From the NCBI GenBank assembly GCA_002269645.1, contig NIVC01000893.1, positions 3,543 to 67,542 on the forward strand: a DNA stretch of 64,000 bases, given 5' to 3'. This document shows positions 22,991 through 34,715 of the stretch, one piece after another. The DNA comes from Macrostomum lignano (lineage: Eukaryota). Each line of letters starts with the position of its first letter. Position 1 is the first letter of the stretch. Under the pieces are notes generated by a model. It was not told where the DNA came from. It worked only from the letters and a program-made list of their open reading frames with translations, and made no database searches. A program made the position numbers and the translations under genes.

Positions 22991-23086
22991 CCATAGACAT
23001 AAAGACTTTACGAGATATTATTGAATATTACCAAATAAAATCCCAGAGAACGCAAATATTGTCACGGAAAATCTTTATATCTATGG
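22991..23086. mobile_element. 96-bp element with CCATAGA(C/T)ATAAAGA inverted ends, no clear TSD
   Basis: CCATAGACATAAAGACT versus the reverse complement of AATCTTTATATCTATGG: 15/17 match. Confidence 0.6.
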
Positions 23087-23094
23087 ATTATTCT

Positions 23095-23275
23095 GAATTA
23101 GCACTAGAATCGCATTTTGCTATTAAACAGCTCTATTTACTCTACTCGAGTTAGTAGAAAGTTTAGCGCTAACACAACGACTATTGGATGACTTTTGCGA
23201 CCCTTCAAATGATTCTACGACTCACGTGTTGCGCTCGTGACTCTACAGTCGCAGCACAGTCGTGAGTCAATAGAG
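23095..23275. repeat. Dispersed repeat, inverted homologue at about 48720-48890
   Basis: Shared TAGAATCGCATTTTGC...CTACTCGAG(T)(T/C)AGTAGAAAGTT(T/A)AGCGCTAACACAACGACT. Confidence 0.7.
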
Positions 23276-23303
23276 TGAGTCAACGTTCTCAACGGGCATC
23301 AAT

Positions 23304-26300
23304 TTAACCTGACCTGCTAACAGAATCCGTTATCGATTTCACAGCCTTCAACAGTTCCTGCGCCAGCGCTCGACGCCTTTCATTTAGCCGGACATTGGTG
23401 GACTTTCCAACAATGTCCACCCCAACTGTCCGAGCCGTCTCCAATGCCGAGGACAAGTTGGCAATCCAGTTGCTAACAGAGTCGCTTTCGGTGACGCGAT
23501 GATTCAGCAACTCCGCAACTGGCTCCAAACCGATAGACAGACAGTCCACCCCGCCAACGCCTGCGCTAGTGAGAGCTGCCGCTGCCGCATCGCACGCCTC
23601 TGTTAAGCCTCTGGCAAAGGCGTCAATAGGCTCGCTATGGTTACTAATCGAATTCGCAGCATCGACTGGCTGAGGAAGAAGCCCAGTTCCAGCTAGCAGT
23701 TGCGTCATCAAGCTGCTCTGCTCCTGCAGTAGAAACCGCAGCTCGCAGACGAATTCTTCCGATTCGTTGACGCCAGTCCAGACTAATCGGCAGCCGGCGA
23801 CAGTGGCTGGCGCTACAATCCAGTCAGTGTTGTCAATTGTGACTCTGTGCAACTGCAGCACCCGCTTCCGAGGCTGCTGTTGCTGTTGATTCTTGCTGTT
23901 AATATCGTTAAATAATTGCGCCCTAATAGACGCTATAGACAATCGAGATTGCTGCTGGCGCTCAGGTGAGAATGAATAACGCTGAGCAGATTGCAGCTGG
24001 TCCACACAGTCGGCAAGCTGCCATACGGCCGCTGTAGGTAATGGAAAGTGTGGCAACGGTATAGGTCATCAGACTAGCTATAGACACTCATTTCATTTTG
24101 ATGCCCGCTTAAATAAATCTTACAATATGATTTTGATTTTGGCCATAGACAAAAGACGACAAGCAATGATATCAGTGGATAGTTTTAGACAGAATCAAAA
24201 GTAGCAGTAAGGAGATCAAAGCAGGGACTACTCAAACACCGGGACAGGAAACTAAATTTTTTTACGAGGCTGGCTGGCAATTATTTTCATTAGAGAGATG
24301 CTGTGTTACTTTTTTGTCTATGGTTATTTTCTACTACCAGCCTCGTAAAAAATTCCTATAGTTTCCCGTCCCGGTGTTTGAGTAGTCCCTGGATCAAAGT
24401 GTCTCAAGCTGGACAAGAACATTCGTGGAACTTTGCCAGGAAGCACACACATGGTTAATATGCGACAGTTCTAAGATAGGGCTCGGCAAACTCGGTAAAC
24501 ATGCGGCCCGTGAAGCCTTTCTATCCGGCCCTCGGGTCCTTTGAAACTTCGCGATAGCAATCCGGCCTGCTCAAGAATCTCTTCTCAAGAAGTCTCTTCT
24601 CATGCAGTTCTTTCTCTTTATCTCGCCTATTCTCTATCCCATCTCATCTCTCCCCTTCTATCTCTTCCCATCTCTCTCCTCTCTCCCCGTTTCGCCTCTC
24701 TGTCTCTCCTCTTCTCTCTCTCCTCTCCTCTCCTCTCTCCCCTCTCCTCGCTCTCCTCTTTCCCCGTCTCTTCTCTCTCTCTCTTCTCTCCCCTCTCTCC
24801 CTTCCCTACTCTCTCATTTTCTCGTATCTCACCTCTAATCTTATATCCTTTCTACTTTCCTCTCTCATCTCCTTTCCATGGCCCGCAGCCATGAGCTGTA
24901 TTTTCTAAAAAGTTTGCCGACCCCTGAACTAAGGCCATAGACATTTCGTCTGTGCTGCACAAGTAAAGCTAACTCCCACAGACAGAGCGAAGGCTTCCTA
25001 TAGACACTTTGTGGAGTTTGTCAGAGAGTCAGGCCATACACTGCTTGCTCTTTAGTCCATTCGACCTGTCTGCGCTAAACGGTGAATGGCTAACACAGAA
25101 ACACAGTAGTGTTACTGTAAGTTCTTAACACAGAGTAAAAATAATGAAATATCTTACAATTATGAGCAATATCAGCTGCCTCCTGCAGCAGCACAGTCTG
25201 CCAATCGCAGTTCAGCAAAGTACCAGCATTCAATTGCAACGCTCCCAGTTGACGATGAAACCGATCTGACTCCAAGTTGTTGAAGCGCAACTCTACGGTT
25301 GCCTGGCAACAACAATCGGTGCCGCTAGTCCGTTGGCACCATGCGATTAGGCGGCGACAACAGCCGCTAGCGCTGAGTTCGCTACCAGATATGCTGATCT
25401 CATAGCTGTGCCACAAGTAACTGCTGGCCTCTGCGCTGCTGGATGCCAACGGCAACAGCTGCAGAGAGGCTAACAACTGGCCATTGTGCTGATTAGTGCC
25501 GGAGTTTTGCCTGCCGTATGGGTATTAAAACGCTACTGTAGTAACCTGTAGTAATCAGTGAGTGCCCATCTGAGAACTTAAGTTAAGTTAAGTTAAGTTA
25601 AGTTAAGTTAAGTTAAGTTAAGAACTTAAGTTTTATTGTCATTTTGGATTCGTGCCTATTGAAACTAATAGGTTGCATATGTAAATATGGTAAAGTATAA
25701 CTTTAATTAATGTACTCGTAAATGGTAAGATTGGGTTTACAGTGGTAAGGGACGCAAACGTGTGCTAGGGGCTTCAGTGTATGTGTTAGAGGGCACCAAT
25801 GTGTGTTAGAGGGCACCAATGTGTGTTAGAGGGCGCCAAGTGTGTGTTAGAGGGCGCCAAGTATGTGTTAGAGGGCGCCATGTGTGTTAGAGGGCACCAA
25901 TGTGTGTTAGAGGGCGCCAAGTGTGTGTTAGAGGGCGCCAAGTGTGTGTTAGAGGGCGCCATGTGTGTTAGAGGGCGCCAATATGTTAGAGGGATTAAAT
26001 ATCTCTTAGGATTAAATAGCGCAAATGTGTGTTAGATAGCGCCAGTGTGTGTTAGAGAGCGCCAATGTTTATTGGCGCTATTGTGCATTAAGGGAGCGCC
26101 AAAATGACATCAATTAAAATTTCACAGAAATTCTCGGAAATTGTCAGCTAACAAGAGTTCTTCACGGACCTGCAAATAAAAGAATTGTAAACTAGTGTAC
26201 CCTTACCCTGTAAAACTAACATTAGCGCAGACTAGCCAGTACTGATGAAAGATAAACTGCCTAAGGCTAAGGCATTCCACAGTAACAGGCTCCGATTGTG

Positions 26301-27319
26301 TAAAAAGCAGGCTGCCAAGAGTCAACGACTGAGCGAGGAGAGTAGCCGCAGCATCATGGTCACGTGATTCGGCTGAATCAATAATATTAACCATTTCCTG
26401 TAGTTGTATTTTGTTTAATTTTTAGTTTCTATCCAGGTTAAAAATGTTGACAGTCATGTTGAAATGTTGGATACCCTACCGCGTCGCAGATGCTTGCCAT
26501 CGGGTTCAAGCCATTGAACGTCTGCCTATTCAGACTGTTAACAGCCAGACTGAGTATTGACAGCTTTTTAGTGAGAATATTTTCCGCCTCGATTGCGTCA
26601 GCCTGATTGGCCTGTGAATAAAAGCGTTAAAGTCAATTATTATCAGAATTATTTGTATAGCTTACTCTTAATCTGACTTTTAAAACGCCGATAAACATAT
26701 TGTGCATGCACTTTTTATGGGGGGGGGTTGTAGCTTAGTGGTTAGATCGGCGTCGGACTTACGACTTGAAGGCCGGGGGTTCGATTCCCGATCCCACTCG
26801 AGGAACAATTTGTGTCCTTGAGCAAGACACTTAACTCTGCATTGCTTCAGTTCACCCAGCTGTAAAATTGGTACTAGCATTAGCTGGGATAATGGAGGGT
26901 GTGTGTAGGGACCCCGCAGTCCTTGAACTGAACAGCCGTACCACCCGTACGCAGCCTTCAGATGCGCCGCGAAATAGCTGCGACGCGACTGAGCTGTCGG
27001 TTGCACATCTGGCCATTAGGGCAATTGCAATCAATCTATATAACTATCATTACTTGTACATGTCTGACGGTTAGAAAGTCAGGGCCGATGTACACCCTTT
27101 GTCAGCGTGTGTACGCGTGCGTGTCTGCGTACAGAATCGGTGCGCTTGTACGTAGACTTGCCTCAGCGAAGGAGTTGCGCTCGTTGTGAAGAATTAATAT
27201 AATTTTAACTGGTCAGCAACTATTGAAATTTTAACAAAATAGTAATAACAAACCTGAATTTCAGCCAACAGTGTCTCCTTCATCACCTGTTCGGCAGATT
27301 CCTTTCTATCTTTGCTCAT
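23304..27319 (-). CDS. Uncharacterised 4-exon protein (about 423 aa)
   Basis: Exons 27319-27254, 26397-26221, 25458-25158 and 24031-23304; all GT-AG with compatible phases 0, 0, 1 and no internal stops. Starts MSKDRKESAEQVMKETLLAEIQ-EMVNIIDSAES. No family recognised. Confidence 0.7.
24222..24391. mobile_element. 170-bp hAT-type MITE
   Basis: About 50-bp TIR starting CAGGGACTACTCAAACACCGGGAC; perfect 8-bp TSD GATCAAAG. Confidence 0.9.
24477..24926. mobile_element. hAT-type MITE, same family as 6122-6464
   Basis: TIRs TAGGGCTCGGCAAACT / AGTTTGCCGACCCCTG; shared interior GAAACTTCGC(A/G)ATAGCAATCCGGCC; degenerate TSD TTCTAAGA/AACTAAGG. Confidence 0.8.
25576..26100. repeat. (TAAGT)n microsatellite (about 25576-25630) and 20-21 bp GTGTGTTAGAGGGCGCCAA minisatellite (about 25780-26100), intronic
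   Basis: Directly visible arrays inside intron 2 of the unknown minus-strand gene. Confidence 0.9.
26726..27015 (+). mobile_element. tRNA-derived SINE (copy 2)
   Basis: A and B boxes plus the shared body; lies in intron 1 of the unknown gene. Confidence 0.85.
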
Positions 27320-27909
27320 CGTTTGACATACAAAGACTGAAAACACCAGTGTCAAGTTTGTGAATGTAGAACTTATTTCATAACTTAATAGAATCATATT
27401 ATGAGCCAATATGAAATGACTAATTCTAATCAAAGTGAACTTGAGATGACCTTGGGTAGTGAGGTAGAGTGAACTCATAGTCATGGACATTTTAAAACAA
27501 TAATGTGGCGAAGTTAATAGCACAAGCTGAACACACTATTTTTTCAATCATTAAGCAAGAATTTCAGTACAATTTATTACATTCTTAAGTCCACGACAAA
27601 GCCTATTCATGCACCGTAGCATATTCTCAATCGCTGATAAAGTACCATATGCACTTTTAAAATGCTCAAATAGATTTTAACTCGCAAAACGCAGATTGAT
27701 AAAATAAAATGAATGGCATTACAAAACGTGGGACTTGATACTGGTCTCAAGCCTAAAGTACATAGATGGAGTTCAGTTAGAGGTGAACCCTCATATATGT
27801 GCGCTAATCCAGTATCTTTTAAAAGAGGAGCAGAATTTATTACATTTCCATTCGACTTTAGACAAAAAAGATAAAAAACCAAGCAATGGCACGAGTTTAT
27901 TAAAGCTAG

Positions 27910-28159
27910 CCTAGACATAACCAATCCTGAACACTGCGGGCTGAGTTTAACATAGACAAACATCCTACACGCTGCGGAGTGAGTTTACCATAGAGATAAC
28001 CAATCCCGCACGCTGCGGGGTTAGTTTACCATAGAGATAACCAATCCCGCACGCTGCGGGGTGAGTTTACCATAGAGATAACCAATCCCGCACGCTGCGG
28101 GGTGAGTTTACCATAGACATAACTAATTCTGTACGCTGCGGGGTGAGTTTACCATAGAC
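27910..28159 (-). repeat. Inverted copy (6 units) of the 41-bp GTCTATGG array
   Basis: CCATAGA(C/G)ATAACCAATCCCGCACGCTGCGGGGTGAGTTTA units; begins 48 bp after the NIP7 stop codon. Confidence 0.95.
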
Positions 28160-28207
28160 AACGAATCTTGTACACAGAATCAAGAATAGGCAAGCCTCCT
28201 TATAGTC

Positions 28208-28843
28208 CTATCCAAACAAAGTAGCCTCGCTGCGAATATACTCGCCAATGTCAGCCTGATGGAAGCACACTAACGCCATAGGATCGGCTTTGCGAGACTG
28301 CAGCGTAGACTTGGCGGCAACGCCGAATCCCAATGGAGTATCGCTCATTGAGTACACAACCAGACCTGCGTATTGCGGCGTTGCGTCAGTGATGCGGCCG
28401 AGGCCGGCTTTGGTCACGTGATGCCCGTATAGGAACTGCTGCTCTGCCGAAGGCTTCAGCCAAATCTTATGCTTAGCATAAGGAGCGAGAAAGTCCAGAG
28501 CGGTAACCTACAAGTGAATAAAGGCGTAGAAGCTCTTTGATCTACGATTCTGGTTTACAAATGTTAAAAATAAAGGAGGAAGTGACAAGAAACTAACCTG
28601 CAAATGAAACTTGTTAGACTTGGTGAATTTGCCCAAACAGGTGCCAAAGCTGAGTAGCTGCTTTCGCTGTACATTGGCCGCTCGTTTCATTGTGGGCTCA
28701 GGGGCATAGTAAACCCGGCAGCGGTGAAGCCGCAGGCAGTACTGCTGATCGGCACGATTAAGCAGGGCTGTCAGGCTGTCACCGATAAACTTTGACAGCT
28801 TCACAAATACCGCCTTTGTCTCGTCTTCTGTCAGTGGCCTCAT
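28208..28843 (-). CDS. NIP7: 60S ribosome subunit biogenesis protein NIP7, 2 coding exons
   Basis: [21 protein letters not shown]...[40 protein letters not shown]...[17 protein letters not shown]; exons 28843-28598 and 28507-28208; 90-bp GT-AG intron; 181 aa. Confidence 0.97.
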
Positions 28844-31800
28844 TTAGCGAGTAATGATAGAGCTAGGCTGAAAATGGTATTAATCTTTTGTTGAGCAAAT
28901 ACCAAGTTTAATCTGTTGCATTGTTGCAAATTGTGCATAAGGTTGAATAGGATTCTACAGTTATCAAAAATACTTTTGACATCCCTGGCAATGAGGATTC
29001 TAGGATTTAAATCTCATTGGATATTATGCCATATAATAAAATTTTTGCTATACAATGTCAAGATCCTTGAATTTTAGGATCTGGGATTCTGTATGCTTAT
29101 TATGAGTAGGTTTGATAAGTGATCTATTTGATTTGAATCTGAACCCAAATTCCTTGAGATGGCAGCAAAAAATTCGAATCACAATACTAAAAAGGGATTC
29201 GATAGGGGTTAAGCTGACAAACCCATTAGAATTTTGCTTCTCTTCTTGTTAGTTCTTGTTAATCAATTTTACTCTTTTTGCATCAAAATAAATTCGTTAA
29301 AACTGTCTCTTGTCTATGGGGTTTTTATTCTGTAGCCCACCTTGCTCCACCACATCGGTGTTTGCATCTGGCTTCTTTTATGCTCCAACCATGGAAATAT
29401 TGCGCTTATCTGGTTTTTAACTAAGTGCTGTAAACATAAGAATTACGTACTCTATTTACATTTACAACTATTTGCAGACAGGAATCGATCTGTCTTCCTG
29501 TTTGCCTTCCTTCCTTATATGATAATCACGAATTCCGGATTATTTTTATTATAATTTCCCTGAACAACCATAAGCTTATAGGACTACTAAGTCATCATAC
29601 AACAACGAAATTTCACAAGACACTGTTGCTCCTTTGGAAAAGGATGAAAGTAAAATCGCGCTTGTGATTTTGACATTTGACTGACATGAGAGTCACATGC
29701 CCTAAAGTCACATGCTGAAAGTGAGTGGCACAAGAAGAGTATGCAAGAAATATCAATGCAAATATGCGAAGCAAATATTCCTGGACTCAACAGTACCAAA
29801 ACCTATAAAGCAGTCTCTTAGGAAAGGTTTTTTATCTCCCAACAGATGATATCCTCATATCTTAAACTGACAGTTTAAAGAGCTGATCAAGGAAATGGAG
29901 TCTTCATGCTTTGTTGATGAAGCTAACAAGAAAAGATGTTGAATTGCTATGGTTTTTTTGCTGCCTTGAATTTTGGGACCTCAGATGCTTCTTCTGGGCA
30001 CTTCTACTATCAATGCAACAAATGCTAATATAATTGCAGATGTAATTTTTGAGCTTGCTCTTGAGAGCTGCTTAACTTTTTTTCGTTATGGGCTCCGCTG
30101 GCTATTTGAGAGAAACCTACATATTTAGGTGTTTCTTCCACTGGGACTGGGCTAGCATCCCAACTGCAATTCTAGGACAGCAATAATGGTCCTTGCCTAG
30201 CCACTTGTTGTTATGGCTAGTTCGTAGGTTGGCAACCTATTTATTAATTATACTTTACAACCTTTTCTATTTTGAATAAAGTGTGTTCCATGTTTAATCT
30301 GCGTCTTCATTTGAATGCCCATTCCCATCCTCCTTGCTATCCACCAACCCTTCTTACTATTTCTTCTATCCTCCTTGCCATTCCATTCCTAGGCCTAGGA
30401 TAAGTAGATTAAGAATATAGGTAAAGTAGGCTAGTTGTTGATGGTATGTGGTGAGTAGCGTAGCTACTCCGTGTTAGCAAACGCGTCGGGTAGGGGCCGC
30501 CCCCGGGCCTATGGGCTCTCCATTGTGCGTGCTATGTTTGGCGGGGTGGTGGGTGCTTGAGTCCCCCCACCCAGGCCCTTGGGAGTTTTTTAGGCTGCGC
30601 GGGGCTGCCTTGGCCTAGCTACCCTGCCTTGCATTTGCAAGCCCAATTTTTTTATCCTGTTTTATTTTCCCCCTTTTAAAGCCACTTTTTCCTTCATTTG
30701 CCTTTGTTTTAAAGCCACATTTGCCTTCGTATTGAGCTCATCAAAATATATTTGACCAATCCTTGGGGCCTGTTCCGCCCGGGTTCGTCTCCCTCGCCTG
30801 TGTCGGCCTTCGCCTTCCTTCCTCGACATTGTTCGTTGAATGGAGATTGAGGTTAAAACCTGGTTTTGTAGTATATGAGCTTATGAGGTATATCTGCTTC
30901 AGTAGAGGGTTTATGCCTCTGGTAGAGTGTGGTTTTCACTACCTTGGTCTGGGGAAGCAGATAATGGGCCTAGTTCCTAGTTGCCTAAAGGCTTTTTATA
31001 ACCTGGTTGGGTGCCACCCAGGGCCTGATTTGTTTCAAGCATTTATTTTTTAACCTAGCATACAACACAAACTTGACAAAAACTTGACTGATACTATCAA
31101 AATGGGTAAAACTTGCCTTGCCAAGTTTAGCTAGATACTTTAAATACAATCTAAAATGTCAAATGAGGCATGATGGTCAGTCAAGATATTTTATTAATTT
31201 GCAGTACTCAAATCTATCCTGTCATTTTAACATTTCAGCAGTGCTGAGTGTTGCACAAAAACTCACATTGGAATGTATATTGCCAAGAGTAGCAATAGGG
31301 GTACAGTGATGTTATAATGTATTTTTTAATTGTAATTTGTTCAGTTGAATATGCATTTCAGATAAAGCACACAAACTGAGCATTGGGTTTGCAAATTTGC
31401 TACAAAATTGACAGGCTCAAAAGGTTTGTAGATAGGAAAAATCTTGAAATTGTTCAAGACCACAAGATTACATTGGGGAAAGTGAGTCAAAAGCTTGAGT
31501 ATCTAGTATATACTAGTGATTGTATGATATAAATGCGTTGATTAAAAAGATTTTAAAAGGTTTTCCCCATTTTCTTCCCTAACCTCCCAGCTATCCCCTT
31601 GACAAATGACAATTCCTACACTCCCCTTTTTCTGTTGTGCCCTGAAGAATTGCTTCCCCATTGTTACTTTTTTAGGGTGCAATTGCAATATATTTTATGT
31701 GAATTTTATAAAACAAAATACTTGACTCTGCTATAGCTTTCTTATTGTCATGCTATCTATCATTTATCAAAGTATCTTAGCTGGAAAGACTGGGTGGTAA

Positions 31801-32944
31801 TACATCCTACATTATTTGCTTCCCTGGTGGCAAAATTATCATTTTGGAAACCTTCAATGTGAATGACATCATGGAATGATCAAGCTTCATAGCAGTAAAG
31901 TCTCTTGTCTCAATGTGAAATTTTTGAAAAAATATTATAACTTGTTATGCAATTGCCTTATAGTGAATTGCAGTTTAACTTATAACTACTATTTTATCCC
32001 TATTTTATTTACCATATTTGTTGTGCTTCATTGTCTAATTACTTTCAATACTAATTATTTCACACATTCATAGCAAGTATTTTCTAGCTCAGTCAATGAT
32101 AGTGAAACAAAGGAACTATCTATTGATAAACTACACTTGGTAGGTCTAAGTAAATTAATAACATGTTCCTCAAAGCAAGCTTAATTGTATATTAGTGTTT
32201 CAGTTTCATGTATCCTAATATTATCTATGCCATCTTTGGCTTGCATTGTCTATTCAGTATGGTCAACAAAATGACAAAGGACTAGAAATGGTCAACAAAA
32301 TGAAAAAAATTAAATTGTGGGTTGATGGTCATTTTGTCTGCTGCCAGTTTGTCTGGCCTTCTTTTGTCTACAAAAATACAAGGCAGTTGTTATTTGTCCA
32401 GTGACCGGACAAATAGCCTTTTTGCTATTTGTCCGGTTAAATTGCTAACACAAGTATCATTTGTTTCACTAGGCCCTATTTGATTCACTATGATGTCATG
32501 CAAAACATTTTTCATTGGATGTTTAAATTAAATATAATACTTCTTTGAAATGTTGCAACAAACAAAACTACGCATACAAAAGAGACATCTCACAATGACT
32601 CTTTGCAGGACTTGCAATATCTTATTATAAAAAGTAGACTAACTAGTTATGTAGCTATATTTTACTTTTTCTTTTTGAAAAAGTCGTTTTGTCTGCCGGC
32701 CAACAAGAAGGCGGTAGACGAAATGATGACCAAAAGAAATTTCTTGATAAAAAATTTACCTGACAAAATAACATTCACTATTTCACACACCCTAGGCTTA
32801 TTCGAATTAGTTGCTTTATATTTATAAATAAGTTGACGAAATGAGGAATTGAAGCTCGATTAAAATAAAAGATGTCACATTTTTTTAAAGACCTGACCCA
32901 ATGTCAATGAAGTGCTATACAGGCTATTTATAGGCCTAAAAGTA

Positions 32945-34222
32945 GGGACTTCAGTGAGTTATAAGAAGTGCGTGCCAATGGCAAAAAAGTAAGAAAAAAG
33001 TCCAATTTTTCAAGGGCGATTTTAAAGAAACTATAGAAGCCAGGATGAAAGTAAAATATGCATTTAAAAGGTAAAAAGGAGCTCTTTCAAATGACACCAA
33101 CTGCAAGTCTAGCTTTGTTATACTTTTTGCACTGTCTATTTTTAAAGTTGACCATTTTTTAGGAGGAATATAAAATTGAAGCCAAAATGAATAAAAAAAC
33201 AGTGGTTCAGAAAATGCTTTTTCTTAGCTGCAATGTGTTTCTTATAATGGAAACAAAGGTTTTATAGTGTAAAGGGATAATTTAGAAACATTTTTCTGGT
33301 GTTAAAAAAAATTTTTTTTTCTTTTAATGCCCATATGGCTCTATGCAAAATTTCAAATCCAAAATTTTCCATGAAATCCTTTTCCTGCATTGTTTCTCTT
33401 TATATTTTTCATTACCTATTGACAATACAAGCACAGTAAAAAAAACCGCTTGCCAATAGCTATAGGCGCAAAAATTTTGTGGAGGTTTCTTTTTTTGATA
33501 CGTTTACATGTAAAATACCCATTGAAACGTGTATTTCGTGTTTTTTGTGAGACTCTGCCTTCCGGCAAACTAGTTCTCTGTGTCATTTGACTAATTCTGC
33601 TATGCTGAACACGATAGGCAAAACCGTTTTTTAATAAACCCATGCGCAAAGCCTGTACAGCACATTACATTGCAGTTGGGGTGTCTGTCATGCATTAAAA
33701 ATTTAGGGCAAGAAGTAGAATAGTATTATAGTAGGTAAAAACCTGAACAAAATGACACTAGCCTTGTATAAATTAAGCAAGCAGAACAGATGCTATTGTA
33801 TTTTTAAAATTGCAATCATTGCGTATCTGGTTAAAATAGTCAAAATTTCATACACCCATCCTGTTTCAATTAGCTTAGCAACTTGGGCATATAAAATAAT
33901 ATTAAAATATATAATTCATACAATTAACACTAAAAAACTGAACAAAATGACACCAAGCACAGTCATTTTGGTTGGCTAGAAAATTAATTACAAGTGTTCA
34001 AAGACAAAAAGCCAACTTTTTGGCCAAAAATGATCACAAACCGTAATGTAAAAATTCCATTGGCTAAAGGCACAAATCGGGGTTACTAAAATAGCTGTAG
34101 TTTCCTTATTACTCAACCAAATCACTAAAGTTTGGCCATTTTGGAAATGGGAAAGTAAGATCTATCTAGTGAAATAGCAGCCTATAACAATTTCTGAAAT
34201 TTAATTTTCTCACTGAAGTGCC
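32945..34222. mobile_element. Non-autonomous TIR DNA transposon with GG termini flanked by TA
   Basis: GGGACTTCAGTGAG / CTCACTGAAGTGCC (13/14) with TA on both sides; non-coding interior; superfamily not determined. Confidence 0.6.
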
Positions 34223-34715
34223 TACTAAAAGCCTAGGCCTAAAAAGCTTTTTATAGAGATTGGTTCTAGAACCTGGTCGAACCAGAATAATTCCAATTAC
34301 CAATTCCAGAACTAGGGGCCTAGAATTGGCAGGAAAATGATAGGCCTAAGCTTCAAACCCATTTTTCTTTGTCATTCTTTATAATTTAATTTTGTCTTTC
34401 TTTGTCTTTGGCTTTATCTTGGATAGCCTATAACAAAAAACAGAGTTCTAAAAATATATCAATCATAAAAATTGAAGATTTCAAATATATATTGTAGGCT
34501 AGGCCCTACTGTTAAAATGTAAACATAATAATGTTCATGGATAGATCAATAAAATTTCTCAAACTAAATTCTAGAACTGGATCACATCATCACGATCACA
34601 GACTCTGGGTTTTTTTTTCGCCAGAGATAAGGTGCGAAATCGCACCTTGTGCCAAATTTCAAGGTGCGATTTTAAGGCTCAGAGTGCAATTTCTCTTGAG
34701 TCTTGTTTAGAATGT

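Noticed and set aside
26726-26800. Possible tRNA genes (also about 8920-8988, 48391-48460 and a B-box fragment at about 21860-21900)
   Set aside because: Stems pair poorly, the anticodon differs among copies, and in the three full copies the head runs into a shared SINE body.
29600-31050. Possible solo LTR or retroelement remnant with a GC-rich patch at about 30470-30620
   Set aside because: No second copy, TG..CA ends, TSD, PBS or coding motif could be identified.
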